From the NCBI GenBank assembly GCA_002269645.1, contig NIVC01004417.1, positions 1-46,762 of the forward strand: DNA of 46,762 bases, in the 5' to 3' direction. A program made the position numbers and the translations under genes. Under the pieces are notes generated by a model, which was not told the origin of the DNA, searched no databases, and saw only the letters and a list, made by a program, of their open reading frames with translations. Below are positions 44,901 to 46,762 of the stretch, in pieces. Source of the DNA: Macrostomum lignano. Taxonomy: Eukaryota. Positions within the stretch are counted from its first letter, which is position 1, and every line of letters begins with the position of its first letter.

Positions 44901-46762
44901 TGAATTAAATCCGGCGTATTGGCACACAACGATCATCGCGGTATCAAAGTAGACAACATTTAAGATAATATTGTGATAGTTAATGCTACGTTGACCAGAC
45001 GGCATTTCTTGCGTGACGCGTATCAGCTGTTGAAAGCGACGACACCTCATATACTGATCCAGCATAGCGCGGCTGGCCTACTAAAGGGGCTTTGACACGT
45101 CTTGACTAAAGCTCAGATTGCGCATGACACAACCCAATTGCTTGACGAAATACACTGCTGATGAGCTGCAAAAGCACGGGGTAGATTATTAGATTAACCA
45201 GGCAGGACATGCAGTCGATTAAATCGTAGAGTCAGGAGAGCGAGAGAGAGAGTGAGAGAGCAGAAGAATATCAATATTTTTATAATACACTGTAGATGTA
45301 AATTCCAGTCTAGTTCCGATCCGATGCGCTGAGGTTCAAAGCACGGCTTGTTCTTTGACTGTTAGTGAGTCATTTTCACTGTTAGGACGCCTTGCACTAA
45401 AATTTCACTATTAGGGCCTGTATAATATATGGGCCGGCTGATGATATATTTCTCAAGAACTCCGAGTCACTAGGCGATTCTCTACGTGTGATATTGCATA
45501 TATGCGTTGTATCATTGGCTGGCTCATTTTTTATATGGCAAGGTGAGAAGAAATCTTGTAAGTAGGCAAGCTCACTATGGACTACAAGTCACTAACAAAT
45601 ACAGGATCTTGGTTTGAAATCAGAAATCATACCTTGCAAAAGTTCCCATCAAGTAAGTTTAATATACAAGTAGGAAGCACACTACCAACATACCTAAAAA
45701 TTTAGAGTCAAGTGCACTAGACATGGCATACTCTAGCTCATGGGCTATAGAGACGTGGATAACATTCAATCAAATTTGAGTACATTAGCAAAGCCATGCA
45801 AGCCAAACCTGTGCTAAACCAACCAACAAAAAAACTTTTATATTCATGTTTTGCATTCTTTACTCGTACATTGTCCAACTAATTGAAATCGGCTACCAGT
45901 GGTTTAACTTACCTTGATCCACTCGATGCAAAATCAATACAAATAATTATGCACTATTGCGAGTAATGGAATGAAGAGCACTTGTAGAACGGAGAATAGC
46001 TCGGCAGATTTTTTCAGATACGTGCGTAGTAAAGCATTATCATTTAAGGCTGATTTTATTTTCGCCTCAAGAGGGCTTCAGGACATGTGTGCAGGAGGCT
46101 AAGTGTCGTAGGGGGGGGACAAGAAAGTGTACATCTTAAAGCTTAAAGTGCGCCAGGATGCACGCAGCCCCCCCTCCCCTGACCTCTAGCTAAAACAAAT
46201 TTACCTATGACACAATACCAGATGCCGAGACCTACTGGCCTGTCCATTGCGCGATCTGGGCATCACTGTTAGCCTTCAGGATCGTCTGCAAGCCGCTCTG
46301 CGCTGCGTTCAACGCGCCCACATCGGCCTACAATTATATAATCCAGCCTACGTATCTGCTAACGAGGCCGACTTTCTACTCGATCTTGGTTGCCTAGCAA
46401 CGGACGCAATATTTTTCCCAGCTAGCCGAGGCCGGCTCCGATCCCGGTCCAGCCGGCCTCGAATCCGCCGTCGTAGCTCGAATCGGTCGAACTATTCGGT
46501 TAATGCGATTTACCTGGCGAGCTGCTCGGTTGCTAGGCAACACTGTGCCAGATTATGAGCGCCTAATTGACAACGGAGACGCCGCGGCGGTCGCTTATTT
46601 GGCTAAGCTGCACGGCTTGCCAAGCTCTGATTGGCTGCGCCAGCTGGCTAGTCTTCTGCTTCTAGTAGATAACAAAAATTTGGGATCTCCGGCTCAACGG
46701 ACACGCCTAAAGCTTCTGCCATTGTTAGTGCCGGCACTGCTCACTGTTGATGGACTGTCGGT
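32955..46762 (+). CDS. KNTC1: Kinetochore-associated protein 1 / Rough deal (RZZ complex), 5' part; runs off the window
   Basis: Exons 32955-33435, 33673-34482, 35022-35521, 36632-36964, 37088-37467, 39584-39793, 46222->46762, phases consistent. YQRLLDSLQFDEAELCAKRYGLPMDRLYYAK matches the ROD motif RLLHKHRFAEAESFAIQFGLDVELVYK. ATVPWSEEVQAVVEQHL...ALFKR|YNIR matches VVPWSAAVEQLVKQHL...LLRGYGIR (references recalled). One +1 frameshift at ~46412-46416. Confidence 0.88.
33485..33625. repeat. 28-bp minisatellite (ATCCTCAGTTGCTGGGCCAGCCTCCCAG)n in KNTC1 intron 1
   Basis: About 5 copies, period measured as 33485 to 33513. Confidence 0.92.
34597..34953. repeat. 32-bp minisatellite (CCTTCAGTGGCCTGAGCTGCCACCCCTCTGAT)n in KNTC1 intron 2
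   Basis: About 11 near-identical copies. Confidence 0.96.
35575..36592. repeat. 23-bp minisatellite (CAGGAGTGCTAGACATGGAGGAT)n in KNTC1 intron 3
   Basis: About 44 variant copies, more degenerate at the left edge. Confidence 0.94.
38674..38970. mobile_element. 297-bp non-autonomous DNA transposon (MITE); the 8-bp TSD suggests hAT
   Basis: Perfect 14-bp TIR CATACATGCGCAAC (38674-38687) / GTTGCGCATGTATG (38957-38970). TGGCTCAT is duplicated at 38666-38673 and 38971-38978. Internal repeats ATGCGACTTA x3 and TCGGCCG repeats. Confidence 0.92.
38801..38864 (+). pseudogene. Eukaryotic 28S rRNA fragment (helix 69-71 region) inside the MITE
   Basis: GGGTAAACGGCAGGAGTAACTATGACTGTCTTATAAAGCCAAAATGCCTCGTCAGCTACTTAGT versus conserved 28S GGGTAAACGGCGGGAGTAACTATGACTCTCTTAAGGTAGCCAAATGCCTCGTCATCTAATTAGT: about 56 of 65 aligned positions identical by hand. 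Confidence 0.9.
40880..41270 (-). mobile_element. BEL/Pao LTR-retrotransposon aspartic-protease region, degenerate
   Basis: LLDTAINKTYIRRDMSSQL..LRGNTFG...*...WICKP...LANP...VSLLIGADNF matches the Pao pattern LLDSGSQRSYI...INTFG...IC.P...LAD...IDLLIGAD. Confidence 0.7.
42925..43900 (-). mobile_element. Penelope-like element reverse transcriptase fragment, frameshifted; GIY-YIG domain not seen
   Basis: Broken frames give KADKGNAVVIM, LDTNAYQKLD, FYLLPKTHK, FFLNPIAQAQPTFIKDSYDF, CDIQSLYSMIS, FRCIDDIFIHW, EFVRHLNSIN, EVSFLDM. Confidence 0.85.
44015..45065 (-). other. Run of co-oriented unassigned ORFs (45065-44808, 44750-44454, 44395-44015), probably one frameshifted orphan reading frame
   Basis: Non-repetitive, protein-like composition. 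ORFs 44454-44750 and 44015-44395 join by one base near 44460. No family recognised. Confidence 0.35.

Noticed and set aside
45141-45180. CGAAA and CTGATGAG near the Penelope relic, suggesting a hammerhead ribozyme
   Set aside because: Only about 7 nt separate GAAA from CUGAUGA, and no GAAA follows the putative stem II, so the required stems cannot form.

Overview
Eukaryotic, intron-rich animal genomic DNA with GT-AG introns; the repeat style suggests an invertebrate such as a Macrostomum-type flatworm, but that is inference only. Four protein-coding genes can be rebuilt by hand. (1) A 14-exon xanthine dehydrogenase/aldehyde oxidase family gene (-, 622-5797) with about six single-site frameshifts in its 3' half. 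(2) An intact 9-exon divergent ionotropic glutamate receptor (-, 7087-14206, 863 aa). (3) A 3-exon glutamine-synthetase/lengsin-like gene lacking most catalytic residues (+, 16593-19140). (4) The 5' part of KNTC1/Rough deal (+, 32955 to window end). Between and inside these genes are many different mini- and microsatellites, a SINE, and LINE, Penelope, BEL/Pao, Helitron and DNA-transposon remnants, plus a CpG-depleted block. The top finding is that the cytoplasmic tail of the receptor is an in-frame S1 RNA-binding domain of the PNPase (PNPT1) type, i.e. a ligand-gated-channel/RNA-binding-domain fusion. The second is a 297-bp element with 14-bp TIRs and an 8-bp TSD that carries a 28S rRNA fragment altered exactly at the R2/Pokey/I-PpoI target site. 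All homology calls come from motif recognition and recalled reference sequences; no searches were run.
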